A stretch of 64,000 nucleotides of DNA. It comes from Balanoglossus misakiensis (Eukaryota > Animalia > Hemichordata). The notes below the pieces were generated by a model. It worked only from the letters and a program-made list of their open reading frames with translations, was not told where the DNA came from and searched no databases. Positions within the stretch are counted from its first letter, which is position 1. Every line of letters begins with the position of its first letter. The stretch covers positions 7,409,337 through 7,473,336 of the forward strand of contig CM082586.2 in assembly GCA_040954595.2 (NCBI GenBank), read 5' to 3'. The position numbers and the translations under genes were made by a program. Below are positions 39,971 through 54,900 of the stretch, piece by piece.

Positions 39971-42900
39971 TTTCGACTTTGCTAAATTAAAAAATTTATT
40001 CACTTTTTGAAAGAAATCATGGGTTATAGCTCATGAAAATCATCCATAAATGACAATTTTTCGACTTTGCGAAAGTTCCAAATTTCTTCATTTTTTGAAA
40101 AACATCATGGGTTATAGCTCAAGAAAATCATCCAAAAATGACAATTTTTCGACTTTGCGAATTGTCAAAATTTCTTCATTTTTTGAATAAAAGCATGGGT
40201 TAGAGCTCATGAAAATCATCCAAAAATGACAATTTTTCGACTTCGCGAATTTTCAAAATTTCTTCATTTTTTGACAAAAATCATGGGTTATAGCTCATGA
40301 AAATGATCCGAAAATGACAATTTTTCGACTTTGCGAAAGTTCCAAATTTCTTCATTTTTTGAAAAACATCATGGGTTATAGCTCATGAAAATCATCCAAA
40401 AATGACAATTTTTCGACTTTGCGAATTGTCAAAATTTCTTCATTTTTTGACAAAAATCATGGGTTATAGCTCATGAAAATGATCCGAAAATGACAATTTT
40501 TCGACTTTGCGAATTTTCAAAATTTCTTCATTTTTTGACAAAAATCATGGGTTATAGCTCATGAAAATCATCCAAAAATGACAATTTTTCGACTTCGCGA
40601 ATTTTCAAAATTTCTTCATTTTTTGACAAAAATCATGGGTTATAGCTCATGAAAATGATCCGAAAATGAAAATTTTTCGACTTTGCGAATTTTCAAAATT
40701 TCTTCATTTTTTGAATAAAATCATGGGTTATAGCTCATGAAAATCATCCAAAAATGACAATTTTTCGACTTCGCGAATTTTCAAAATTTCTTCATTTTTT
40801 GACAAAAATCATGGGTTATAGCTCATGAAAATGATCCGAAAATGACAATTTTTCGACTTTGCGAATTTTCAAAATTTCTTCATTTTTTGACAACAATCAT
40901 GGGTTATAACTCATGAAAATCATTCGAAAATGCCAATTTTTCGACTTTGCGAAATTTCAAAATTTCTTCATTTTTTGAATAAAATCATGGGTTATACCTC
41001 ATGAAAATGATCCGAAAATGACAATTTTTCGAATTTGCGAATTTTCAAAATTCCTTCATTTTTTGAAAAAAATCATGGGTTATAGGTCATGAAAATGATC
41101 CAAAAATGACAATTTTTCGACTTTACGAATTTTCAAAATTCCTTCATTTTTTGAAAAAAATCATGGGTTATAGGTCATGAAAATGATCCAAAAATGACAA
41201 TTTTTCGACTTTGCGAATTTTCAAAATTTCTTCATTTTTTGAATAAAATCATGGGTTATAGCTCATGAAAATCATCCAAAAATGACAATTTTTCGACTTC
41301 GCGAATTTTCAAAATTTCTTCATTTTTCGACAAAAATCATGGGTTATAGCTCATGAAAATGATCCGAAAATGACAATTTTTCGACTTTGCGAATTTTCAA
41401 AATTTCTTCATTTTTTGACAAAAATCATGGGTTATAACTCATGAAAATCATTCGAAAATGCCAATTTTTCGAATTTGCGAAATTTCAAAATTTCTTCATT
41501 TTTTGAATAAAATCATGGGTTATACCTCATGAAAATGATCCGAAAATGACAATTTTTCGAATTTGCGAATTTTCAAAATTCCTTCATTTTTTGAAAAAAA
41601 TCATGGGTTATAGGTCATGAAAATGATCCAAAAATGACAATTTTTCGACTTTACGAATTTTCAAAATTCCTTCATTTTTTGAAAAAAATCATGGGTTATA
41701 GGTCATGAAAATGATCCAAAAATGACAATTTTTCGACTTTGCGAATTTTCAAAATTTCTTCATTTTTTGAATAAAATCATGGGTTATAGCTCATGAAAAT
41801 GATCCAAAAATGAAAATTTCTCGACTTCGCGAATTTTCAAAATTTCTTCATTTTTTGACAAAAATCATGGGTTATAGCTCATGAAAATGATCCGAAAATG
41901 ACAATTTTTCGACTTTGCGAATTTTCAAAATTTCTTCATTTTTTGACAAAAATCATGGGTTATAACTCATGAAAATCATTCGAAAATGCCAATTTTTCGA
42001 ATTTGCGAATTTTCGAAATTCCTTCATTTTTTGAAAAAAATCATGGGTTATAGGTCATGAAAATGATCCAAAAATGACAATTTTTCGACTTTGCGAATTT
42101 TCAAAATTTCTTCATTTTTTGAATAAAATCATGGGTTATAGCTCATGAAAATCATCCAAAAATGACAATTTTTCGACTTTGCGAATTTTCATAATTCCTT
42201 CATTTTTTGACAAAAATCATGGGTTATAGCTCATGAAAATGATCCGAAAATGACAATTTTTCGACTTTGCGAATTTTCAAAATTTCTTCATTTTTTGACA
42301 AAAATCATGCGTTATAACTCATGAAAATCATTCGAAAATGCCAATTTTTCGACTTTGCGAATTTTCAAAATTTCTTCATTTTTTGAATAAAATCATGGGT
42401 TATACCTCATGAAAATGATCCGAAAATGACAATTTTTCGAATTTGCGAATTTTCAAAATTCCTTCATTTTTTTAAAAAAACCATGGGTTATAGGTCATGA
42501 AAATGATCCAAAAATGACAATTTTTCGACTTTGCGAATTTTCAAAATTTCTTCATTTTTTGAATAAAATCATGGGTTATAGCTCATGAAAATCATCCAAA
42601 AATGACAATTTTTCGACTTCGCGAATTTTCGAAATTTCTTCATTTTTTGACAAAAATCATGGGTTATAGCTCATGAAAATGATCCGAAAATGACAATTTT
42701 TCGACTTTGCGAATTTTCAAAATTTCTTCATTTTTTGACAAAAATCATGGGTTATAGCTCATGAAAATCATCCAAAAATGACAATTTCTCGACTTTGCGA
42801 ATTTTCAAAATTTCTCCATTTTTTGAAAAAAATCATGGGTTATAGCTCATGAAAATCATCCAAAAATGACAATTTTTCGACTTTGCGAATTTTCATAATT

Positions 42901-45900
42901 CCTTCATTTTTTGACAAAAATCATGGGTTATAGCTCATAAAAATCATCAAAAAATGACAATTTTTCGACTTTACGAATTTTCAAAATTCCTTCATTTTTT
43001 GAAAAAAATCATGGGTTATAGGTCATGAAAATGATCCAAAAATGACAATTTTTCGACTTTGCGAATTTTCAAAATTTCTTCATTTTTTGACAAAAATCAT
43101 GGGTTATAGCTCATGAAAATGATCCGAAAATGACAATTTTTCGACTTTGCGAATTTTCAAAATTTCTTCATTTTTTGACAAAAATCATGGGTTATAGCTC
43201 ATGAAAATCATCCAAAAATGACAATTTCTCGACCTTGCGAATATTCATAATTTCTTCATTTTTTTGAATAAAATCATGGGTTATAGCTCATGAAAATCAT
43301 CCAAAAAATGACAATTTTTCGACTTTGCGAATTTTCATAATTCCTTCATTATTTGACAAAAATCATGGGTTATAGCTCATGAAAATCGTCCAAAAATGAC
43401 AATTTTTCGACTTTGCGAATTTTCAAAATTTCTCCTTTTTTGAAAAAAATCATGGGTTATAGCTCATGAAAATCATCCAAAAATGACAATTTTTCGACTT
43501 TACGAATTTTCAAAATTCCTTCATTTTTTGAAAAAAATCATGGGTTATAGCTCATGAAAATGATCCAAAAATGACAATTTTTCGACTTTGCGAATTTTCA
43601 TAATTCCTTCATTTTTTGACAAAAATCATGGGTTATAGCTCATGAAAATGATCCGAAAATGACAATTTTTCGACTTTGCGAATTTTCAAAATTTCTCCTT
43701 TTTTGAATAAAATCATGGGTTATACCTCATGAAAATGATCCGAAAATGACAATTTTTCGACATTGCGAATTTTCAAAATTTCTTCATTTTTTGAAAAAAA
43801 TCATGGGTTATAGCTCATGAAAATCATCCAAAAATGACAATTTTTCGACTTTGCGAATTTTCATAATTCCTTCATTTTTTGACAAAAATCATGGGTTATA
43901 GCTCATAAAAATCATCAAAAAATGACAATTTTTCGACTTTACGAATTTTCAAAATTCTTTCATTTTTTGAAAAAAAATCATGGGTTATAGCTCATGAAAA
44001 TGATCCAAAAATGACAATTTTTCGACTTTGCGAATTTTCAAAATTTCTTCATTTTTTGACAAAAATCATGGGTTATAGCTCATGAAAATGATCCGAAAAT
44101 GACAATTTTTTGACTTTGCGAATTTTCAAAATTTCTTCATTTTTTGACAAAAATCATGGGTTATAGCTCATGAAAATCATCCAAAAATGACAATTTCTCG
44201 ACCATGCGAATTTTCATAATTTCTTCATTTTTTGAATAAAATCATGGGTTATAGCTCATGAAAATCATCCGAAAATGACAATTTTTCGACTTTGCGAATT
44301 TTCAAAATTTCTTCATTTTTTGACAAAAATCATGGGTTATAGCTCATGAAAATGATCCGAAAATGACAATTTTTCGACTTTGCGAATTTTCAAAATTCCT
44401 TCATTTTTTGAAATAAATCATGGGTTATAGGTCATGAAAATGATCCAAAAATGACAATTTTTCGACTTTGCGAATTTTCAAAATTTCTTCATTTTTTGAC
44501 AAAAATCATGGGTTATAGCTCATGAAAATGATCCGAAAATGACAATTTTTCGACTTTGCGAATTTTCAAAATTTCTTCATTTTTTGACAAAAATCATGGG
44601 TTATAGCTCATGAAAATCATCCAAAAATGACAATTTCTCGACCTTGCGAATATTCATAATTTCTTCATTTTTTGAATAAAATCATGGGTTATAGCTCATG
44701 AAAATCATCCAAAAAATGACAATTTTTCGACTTTGCGAATTTTCATAATTCCTTCATTTTTTGACAAAAATCATGGGTTATAGCTCATGAAAATCGTCCA
44801 AAAATGACAATTTTTCGACTTTGCGAATTTTCAAAATTTCTCCTTTTTTGAATAAAATCATGGGTTATACCTCATGAAAATGATCCGAAAATGACAATTT
44901 TTCGACATTGCGAATTTTCAAAATTTCTTCATTTTTTGAAAAAAATCATGGGTTATAGCTCATGAAAATGATCCAAAAATGACAATTTTTCGACTTTGCG
45001 AATTTTCATAATTCCTTCATTTTTTGACAAAAATCATGGGTTATAGCTCATGAAAATGATCCGAAAATGACAATTTTTCGACTTTGCGAATTTTCAAAAT
45101 TTCTCCTTTTTTGAATAAAATCATGGGTTATACCTCATGAAAATGATCTGAAAATGACAATTTTTCGACATTGCGAATTTTCAAAATTTCTTCATTTTTT
45201 GAAAAAAATCATGGGTTATAGCTCATGAAAATCATCCAAAAATGACAATTTTTCGACTTTGCGAATTTTCATAATTCCTTCATTTTTTGACAAAAATCAT
45301 GGGTTATAGCTCATAAAAATCATCAAAAAATGACAATTTTTCGACTTTACGAATTTTCAAAATTCCTTCATTTTTTGAAAAAAAATCATGGGTTATAGCT
45401 CATGAAAATGATCCAAAAATGACAATTTTACGACTTTGCGAATTTTCAAAATTTCTTCATTTTTTGACAAAAATCATGGGTTATAGCTCATGAAAATGAT
45501 CCGAAAATGACAATTTTTTGACTTTGCGAATTTTCAAAATTTCTTCATTTTTTGACAAAAATCATGGGTTATAGCTCATGAAAATCATCCAAAAATGACA
45601 ATTTCTCGACCATGCGAATTTTCATAATTTCTTCATTTTTTGAATAAAATCATGGGTTATAGCTCATGAAAATCATCCAAAAAATGACAATTTTTCGACT
45701 TTGCGAATTTTCATAATTCCTTCATTTTTTGACAAAAATCATGGGTTATAGCTCATGAAAATGATCCGAAAATGACAATTTTTCGACTTTGCGAATTTTC
45801 AAAATTTCTCCTTTTTTGAATAAAATCATGGGTTATACCTCATGAAAATGATCCGAAAATGACAATTTTTCGACATTGCGAATTTTCATAATTCCTTCAT

Positions 45901-48900
45901 TTTTTGACAAAAATTATGGGTTATAGCTCATAAAAATCATCAAAAAATGACAATTTTTCGACTTTACGAATTTTCAAAATTCCTTCATTTTTTGAAAAAA
46001 AATCATGGGTTATAGCTCATGAAAATGATCCAAAAATGACAATTTCTCGACTTTGCGAATTTTCAAAATTTCTTCATTTTTTGACAAAAATCATGGGTTA
46101 TAGCTCATGAAAATGATCCGAAAATGACAATTTTTTGACTTTGCGAATTTTCAAAATTTCTTCATTTTTTGACAAAAATCATGGGTTATAGCTCATGAAA
46201 ATCATCCAAAAATGACAATTTCTCGACCATGCGAATTTTCATAATTTCTTCATTTTTTGAATAAAATCATGGGTTATAGCTCATGAAAATCATCCGAAAA
46301 TGACAATTTTTCGACTTTGCGAATTTTCAAAATTTCTTCATTTTTTGACAAAAATCATGGGTTATAGCTCATGAAAATGATCCGAAAATGACAATTTTTC
46401 GACTTTGCGAATTTTCAAAATTCCTTCATTTTTTGAAATAAATCATGGGTTATAGGTCATGAAAATGATCCAAAAATGACAATTTTTCGACTTTGCGAAT
46501 TTTCAAAATTTCTTCATTTTTTGACAAAAATCATGGGTTATAGCTCATGAAAATGATCCGAAAATGACAATTTTTCGACTTTGCGAATTTTCAAAATTTC
46601 TTAATTTTTTGACAAAAATCATGGGTTATAGCTCATGAAAATCATCCAAAAATGACAATTTCTCGACCTTGCGAATATTCATAATTTCTTCATTTTTTGA
46701 ATAAAATCATGGGTTATAGCTCATGAAAATCATCCATAAATGACAATTTTTCGACTTTGCGAATTTTCATAATTCCTTCATTTTTTGACAAAAATCATGG
46801 GTTATAGCTCATGAAAATCGTCCAAAAATGACAATTTTTCGACTATGCGAATTTTCAAAATTTCTCCTTTTTTGAAAAAAATCATGGGTTATAGCTCATG
46901 AAAATCATCCAAAAATGACAATTTTTCGACTTTACGAATTTTCAAAATTCCTTCATTTTTTGAAAAAAATCATGGGTTATAGCTCATGAAAATGATCCAA
47001 AAATGACAATTTTTCGACTTTGCGAATTTTCATAATTCCTTCATTTTTTGACAAAAATCATGGGTTATAGCTCATGAAAATGATCCGAAAATGACAATTT
47101 TTCGACTTTGCGAATTTTCATAATTCCTTCATTTTTTGACAAAAATCATGGGTTATAGCTCATGAAAATGATCCGAAAATGACAATTTTTCGACATTGCG
47201 AATTTTCAAAATTTCTTCATTTTTTGAAAAAAATCATGGGTTATAGCTCATGAAAATCATCCAAAAATGACAATTTTTCGACTTTGCGAATTTTCATAAT
47301 TCCTTCATTTTTTGACAAAAATCATGGGTTATAGCTCATGAAAATGATCCGAAAATGACAATTTTTCGACTTTGCGAATTTTCAAAATTTCTCCTTTTTT
47401 TGAATAAAATAATGGGTTATACCTCATGAAAATGATCCGAAAATGACAATTTTTCGACATTGCGAATTTTCAAAATTTCTTCATTTTTTGAAAAAAATCA
47501 TGGGTTATAGCTCATGAAAATCATCCAAAAATGACAATTTTTCGACTTTGCGAATTTTCATAATTCCTTCATTTTTTGACAAAAATCATGGGTTATAGCT
47601 CATAAAAATCATCAAAAAATGACAATTTTTCGACTTTACGAATTTTCAAAATTCCTTCATTTTTTGAAAAAAAATCATGGGTTATAGCTCATGAAAATGA
47701 TCCAAAAATGACAATTTTTCGACTTTGCGAATTTTCAAAATTTCTTCATTTTTTGACAAAAATCATGGGTTATAGCTCATGAAAATGATCCGAAAATGAC
47801 AATTTTTTGACTTTGCGAATTTTCAAAATTTCTTCATTTTTTGACAAAAATCATGGGTTATAGCTCATGAAAATCATCCAAAAATGACAATTTCTCGACC
47901 ATGCGAATTTTCATAATTTCTTCATTTTTTGAATAAAATCATGGGTTATAGCTCATGAAAATCATCCGAAAATGACAATTTTTCGACTTTGCGAATTTTC
48001 AAAATTTCTTCATTTTTTGACAAAAATCATGGGTTATAGCTCATGAAAATGATCCGAAAATGACAATTTTTCGACTTTGCGAATTTTCAAAATTCCTTCA
48101 TTTTTTGAAATAAATCATGGGTTATAGGTCATGAAAATGATCCAAAAATGACAATTTTTCGACTTTGCGAATTTTCAAAATTTCTTCATTTTTTGACAAA
48201 AATCATGGGTTATAGCTCATGAAAATGATCCGAAAATGACAATTTTTCGACTTTGCGAATTTTCAAAATTTCTTCATTTTTTGACAAAAATCATGGGTTA
48301 TAGCTCATGAAAATCATCCAAAAATGACAATTTCTCGACCTTGCGAATATTCATAATTTCTTCATTTTTTGAATAAAATCATGGGTTATAGCTCATGAAA
48401 ATCATCCAAAAAATGACAATTTTTCGACTTTGCGAATTTTCATAATTCCTTCATTTTTTGACAAAAATCATGGGTTATACCTCATGAAAATCGTCCAAAA
48501 ATGACAATTTTTCGACTTTGCGAATTTTCAAAATTTCTCCTTTTTTGAAAAAAATCATGGGTTATAGCTCATGAAAATCATCCAAAAATGACAATTTTTC
48601 GACTTTACGAATTGTCAAAATTCCTTCATTTTTTGAAAAAAATCATGGGTTATAGCTCATGAAAATGATCCAAAAATGACAATTTTTCGACTTTGCGAAT
48701 TTTCATAATTCCTTCATTTTTTGACAAAAATCATGGGTTATAGCTCATGAAAATGATCCGAAAATGACAATTTTTCGACTTTGCGAATTTTCATAATTCC
48801 TTCATTTTTTGACAAAAATCATGGGTTATAGCTCATGAAAATGATCCGAAAATGACAATTTTTCGACATTGCGAATTTTCAAAATTTCTTCATTTTTTGA

Positions 48901-51900
48901 AAAAAATCATGGGTTATAGCTCATGAAAATCATCCAAAAATGACAATTTTTCGACTTTGCGAATTTTCATAATTCCTTCATTTTTTGACAAAAATCATGG
49001 GTTATAGCTCATGAAAATGATCCGAAAATGACAATTTTTCGACTTTGCGAATTTTCAAAATTTCTCCTTTTTTGAATAAAATCATGGGTTATACCTCATG
49101 AAAATGATCCGAAAATGACAATTTTTCGACATTGCGAATTTTCAAAATTTCTTCATTTTTTGAAAAAAATCATGGGTTATAGCTCATGAAAATCATCCAA
49201 AAATGACAATTTTTCGACTTTGCGAATTTTCATAATTCCTTCATTTTTTGACAAAAATCATGGGTTATAGCTCATAAAAATCATCAAAAAATGACAATTT
49301 ATCGACTTTACGAATTTTCAAAATTCCTTCATTTTTTGAAAAAAAATCATGGGTTATAGCTCATGAAAATGATCCAAAAATGACAATTTTTCGACTTTGC
49401 GAATTTTCAAAATTTCTTCATTTTTTGACAAAAATCATGGGTTATAGCTCATGAAAATGATCCGAAAATGACAATTTTTTGACTTTGCGAATTTTCAAAA
49501 TTTCTTCATTTTTTGACAAAAATCATGGGTTATAGCTCATGAAAATCATCCAAAAATGACAATTTCTCGACCATGCGAATTTTCATAATTTCTTCATTTT
49601 TTGAATAAAATCATGGGTTATAGCTCATGAAAATCATCCGAAAATGACAATTTTTCGACTTTGCGAATTTTCAAAATTTTTATCATTTTTTTGACAAAAA
49701 TCATGGGTTATAGCTCATGAAAATGATCCGAAAATGACAATTTTTCGACTTTGCGAATTTTCAAAATTTCTTCATTTTTTGACAAAAATCATGGGTTATA
49801 GCTCATGAAAATCATCCAAAAATGACAATTTCTCGACCTTGCGAATATTCATAATTTCTTCATTTTTTGAATAAAATCATGGGTTATAGCTCATGAAAAT
49901 CATCCAAAAAATGACAATTTTTTGACTTTGCGAATTTTCATAATTCCTTTATTTTTTGACAAAAATCATGGGTTATAGCTCATGAAAATCGTCCAAAAAT
50001 GACAATTTTTCGACTTTGCGAATTTTCAAAATTTCTCCTTTTTTGAAAAAAATCATGGGTTATAGCTCATGAAAATCATCCAAAAATGACAATTTTTCGA
50101 CTTTGCGAATTTTCATAATTCCTTCATTTTTTGACAAAAATCATGGGTTATAGCTCATAAAAATCATTAAAAAATGACAATTTTTCGACTTTACGAATTT
50201 TCAAAATTCCTTCATTTTTTGAAAAAAATCATGGGTTATAGCTCATGAAAATCATCCAAAAATGACAATTTTTCGACTTTGCGAATTTTCATAATTCCTT
50301 ATTTTTTTGACAAAAATCATGGGTTATAGCTTATAAAAATCATTAAAAAATGACAATTTTTCGACTTTACGAGTTTTCAAAATTCCTTCATTTTTTGAAA
50401 AAAAATCATGGGTTATAGCTCATGAAAATGATCCGAAAATGACAATTTTTCGACTTTGCGAATTTTCAAAATTTCTTCATTTTTTGACAAAAATCATGGG
50501 TTATAGCTCATGAAAATCATCCAAAAATGACAATTTCTCGACCTTGCGAATTTTCATAATTCCTTCATTTTTTGACAAAAATCAAGGGTTATAACTCATG
50601 AAAATGATCCGAAAATGACAATTTTTCGACTTTGCGAATTTTCAAAATTTCTTCATTTTTTGCCAAAAATCATGGGTTATAGCTCATGATAATCATCCAA
50701 AAAATGACAATTTTTCGACTTTGCGAATTTTCAAAATTTCTCTTTTTTTGAAAAAAATCATGGGTTATAGCTCATGAAAATCATCCAAAAATGACAATTT
50801 TTCGACTTTGCGAATTTTTATAATTCCTTCATTTTTTGACAAAAATCATGGGTTATAGCTCATGAAAATCATCCAAAAATGACAATTTCTCGACCTTGCG
50901 AATTTTCATAATTTCTTCATTTTTTGAATAAAATCATGGGTTATAGCTCATGAAAATCATCCGAAAATGCCAATTTTTCGACTTTGCGAATTTTCAAAAT
51001 TTCTTCATTTTTTGCCAAAAATCATGGGTTATAGCTCATGAAAATGATCCGAAAATGACAATTTCTCGACCTTGCGAATTTTCATAATTTCTTCATTTTT
51101 TGACAAAAATCATGGGTTATAGCTCATGAAAATGATCCGAAAATGACAATTTTTTGACTTTGCGAATTTTCAAAATTTCTTCATTTTTTTAAAAAAATCA
51201 TGGGTTATAGCTCATGAAAATCATCCAAAAATGACAATTTTTCGACTTTGCGAATTTTCAAAATTTCTTCATTTTTTGACAAAAATCATGGGTTATAGCT
51301 CATAAAAATCATCAAAAAATGACAATTTTTCGACTATACGAATTTTCAAAATTCCTTCATTTTTTGACAAAAATCATGGGTTATAGCTCATGAAAATGAT
51401 CCAAAAATGACAATTTTTCGACTTTGCGAATTTTCAAAATTTCTTCATTTTTTGACAAAAATCATGGGTTATAGCTCATGAAAATGATCCAAAAATGACA
51501 ATTTTTCGACTTTGCGAATTTTCATAATTTCTTCATTTTTTGACAAAAATCATGGGTTATAGCTTATGAAAATGATCCGAAAATGACAATTTTTTGACTT
51601 TGCGAATTTTCAAAATTTCTTCATTTTTTGACAAAAATCATGGGTTATAGCTCATGAAAATCATCCAAAAATGACAATTTCTCGACCTTGCGAATTTTCA
51701 TAATTTCTTCATTTTTTGAATAAAATCATGGGTTATAGCTCATGAAAATCATCCAAAAATGACAATTTTTCGACTTTGCGAATTTTCATTATTCCTTCAT
51801 TTTTTGAAAAAAATCATCCAAAAATGACAATTTTTCGACTTTACGAATTTACAAAATTCCTTCATTTTTTGAAAAAATCATGGGTTATAGCTCATGAAAA

Positions 51901-54900
51901 TGATCCAAAAATGACAATTTTTCGACTTTGCGAATTTTCATAATTCCTTCATTTTTTGACAAAAATCATGGGTTATAGCTCATGAAAATGATCCGAAAAT
52001 GACAATTTTTCGACTTTGCGAATTTTCAAAATTTCTTCATTTTTTTACAAAAATCATGGGTTATAGCTTATGAAAATCATACAAAAATGACAATTTCTCG
52101 ACCTTGCGAATTTTCATAATTTCTTCATTTTTTGAATAAAATCATGGGTTATAGCTCATGAAAATAATCCAAAAATGACAATTTTTCGACTTTGCGAATT
52201 TTCATAATTCCTTCATTTTTTGAAAAAAATCATGGGTTATAGCTCATAAAAATCATCCAAAAATGACAATTTTTCGACTTTACGAATTTACAAAATTCCT
52301 TCATTTTTTGAAAAAATCATGGGTTATAGCTCATGAAAATGATCCAAAAATGACAATTTTTCGACTTTGCGAATTTTCATAATTCCTTCATTTTTTGACA
52401 AAAATCATGGGTTATAGCTCATGAAAATCATCCAAAAATGACAATTTCTCGACCTTGCGAATTTTCATAATTTCTTCATTTTTTGAATAAAATCATGGGT
52501 TATAGCTCATGAAAATCATCCAAAAATGACAATTTTTCGACTTTGCGAATTTTCATAATTCCTTCATTTTTTGAAAAAAATCATCCAAAAATGACAATTT
52601 TTCGACTTTACGAATTTACAAAATTCCTTCATTTTTTGAAAAAATCATGGGTTATAGCTCATGAAAATGATCCAAAAATGACAATTTTTCGACTTTGCGA
52701 ATTTTCATAATTCCTTCATTTTTTGACAAAAATCATGGGTTATAGCTCATGAAAATGATCCGAAAATGACAATTTTTCGACTTTGCGAATTTTCAAAATT
52801 TCTTCATTTTTTTACAAAAATCATGGGTTATAGCTTATGAAAATCATACAAAAATGACAATTTCTCGACCTTGCGAATTTTCATAATTTCTTCATTTTTT
52901 GAATAAAATCATGGGTTATAGCTCATGAAAATAATCCAAAAATGACAATTTTTCGACTTTGCGAATTTTCATAATTCCTTCATTTTTTGAAAAAAATCAT
53001 GGGTTATAGCTCATAAAAATCATCCAAAAATGACAATTTTTCGACTTTACGAATTTACAAAATTCCTTCATTTTTTGAAAAAATCATGGGTTATAGCTCA
53101 TGAAAATGATCCAAAAATGACAATTTTTCGACTTTGCGAATTTTCATAATTCCTTCATTTTTTGACAAAAATCATGGGTTATAGCTCATGAAAATCATCC
53201 AAAAATGACAATTTTTCGTCTTTGCGAACTTTCAAAATTTCTTCATTTATTGACAAAAATCATGGGTTATAGCTCATGAAAATCATCCGAAAATGCCAAT
53301 TTTTCGACTTTGCGAATTGTCAAAATTTCTTCATTTTTTGACAAAAATCATGGGTTATAGCTCATGAAAATGATCCGAAAATGACAATTTTTTGACTTTG
53401 CGAATTTTCAAAATTTCTTCATTTTTTGACAAAAATCATGGGTTATAGCTCATGAAAATCATCCAAAAATGACAATTTCTCGACCTTGCGAATTTTCATA
53501 ATTTCTTAATTTTTTGAATAAAATCATGGGTTATAGCTCATGAAAATCATCCGAAAATGCCAATTTTTCGACTTTGCGAATTTTCAAAATTTCTTCATTT
53601 TTTGACAAAAATCATGGGTTATAGCTCATGAAAATGATCCGAAAATGACAATTTTTCGACTTTGCGAATTTTCAAAATTTCTTCATTTTTTTACAAAAAT
53701 CATGGGTTATAGCTCATGAAAATCATACAAAAATGACAATTTCTCGACCTTGCGAATTTTCATAATTTCTTCATTTTTTGAATTAAATCATGGGTTATAG
53801 CTTATGAAAATCATCCAAAAATGACAATTTTTCGACTTTGCGAATTTTCATAATTTCTTCATTTTTTGACAAAAATCATGGGTTATAGCTCATGAAAATG
53901 ATCCAAAAATGACAATTTTTCGACTTTGCGAATTTTCATAATTTCTTCATTTTTTGACAAAAATCATGGGTTATAGCTTATGAAAATGATCCGAAAATGA
54001 CAATTTTTTGACTTTGCGAATTTTCAAAATTTCTTCATTTTTTGACAAAAATCATGGGTTATAGCTCATGAAAATCATCCAAAAATGACAATTTCTCGAC
54101 CTTGCGAATTTTCATAATTTCTTCATTTTTTGAATAAAATCATGGGTTATAGCTCATGAAAATCATCCGAAAATGCCAATTTTTCGACTTTGCGAATTTT
54201 CAAAATTTCTTCATTTTTTGCCAAAAATCATGGGTTATAGCTCATGAAAATGATCCGAAAATGACAATTTTTCGACTTTGCGAATTTTCAAAATTTCTTC
54301 ATTTTTTGACAAAAATCATGGGTTATAGCTCATGAAAATCATCCAAAAATGACAATTTCTCGACCTTGCGAATTTTCATAATTTCTTCATTTTTTGAATA
54401 AAATCATGGGTTATAGCTCATGAAAATCATCCAAAAATGACAATTTTTCGACTTTGCGAATTTTCATTATTCCTTCATTTTTTGAAAAAAATCATCCAAA
54501 AATGACAATTTTTCGACTTTACGAATTTACAAAATTCCTTCATTTTTTGAAAAAATCATGGGTTATAGCTCATGAAAATGATCCAAAAATGACAATTTTT
54601 CGACTTTGCGAATTTTCATAATTCCTTCATTTTTTGACAAAAATCATGGGTTATAGCTCATGAAAATGATCCGAAAATGACAATTTTTCGACTTTGCGAA
54701 TTTTCAAAATTTCTTCATTTTTTTACAAAAATCATGGGTTATAGCTTATGAAAATCATACAAAAATGACAATTTCTCGACCTTGCGAATTTTCATAATTT
54801 CTTCATTTTTTGAATAAAATCATGGGTTATAGCTCATGAAAATAATCCAAAAATGACAATTTTTCGACTTTGCGAATTTTCATAATTCCTTCATTTTTTG

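Noticed and set aside
40058-40075. CENP-B box in the monomer (tttcgactttgcgaa)
   Set aside because: It has TTCG and a second CG, but the spacing is 6 rather than 7 nt and the conserved A and CGGG are absent.
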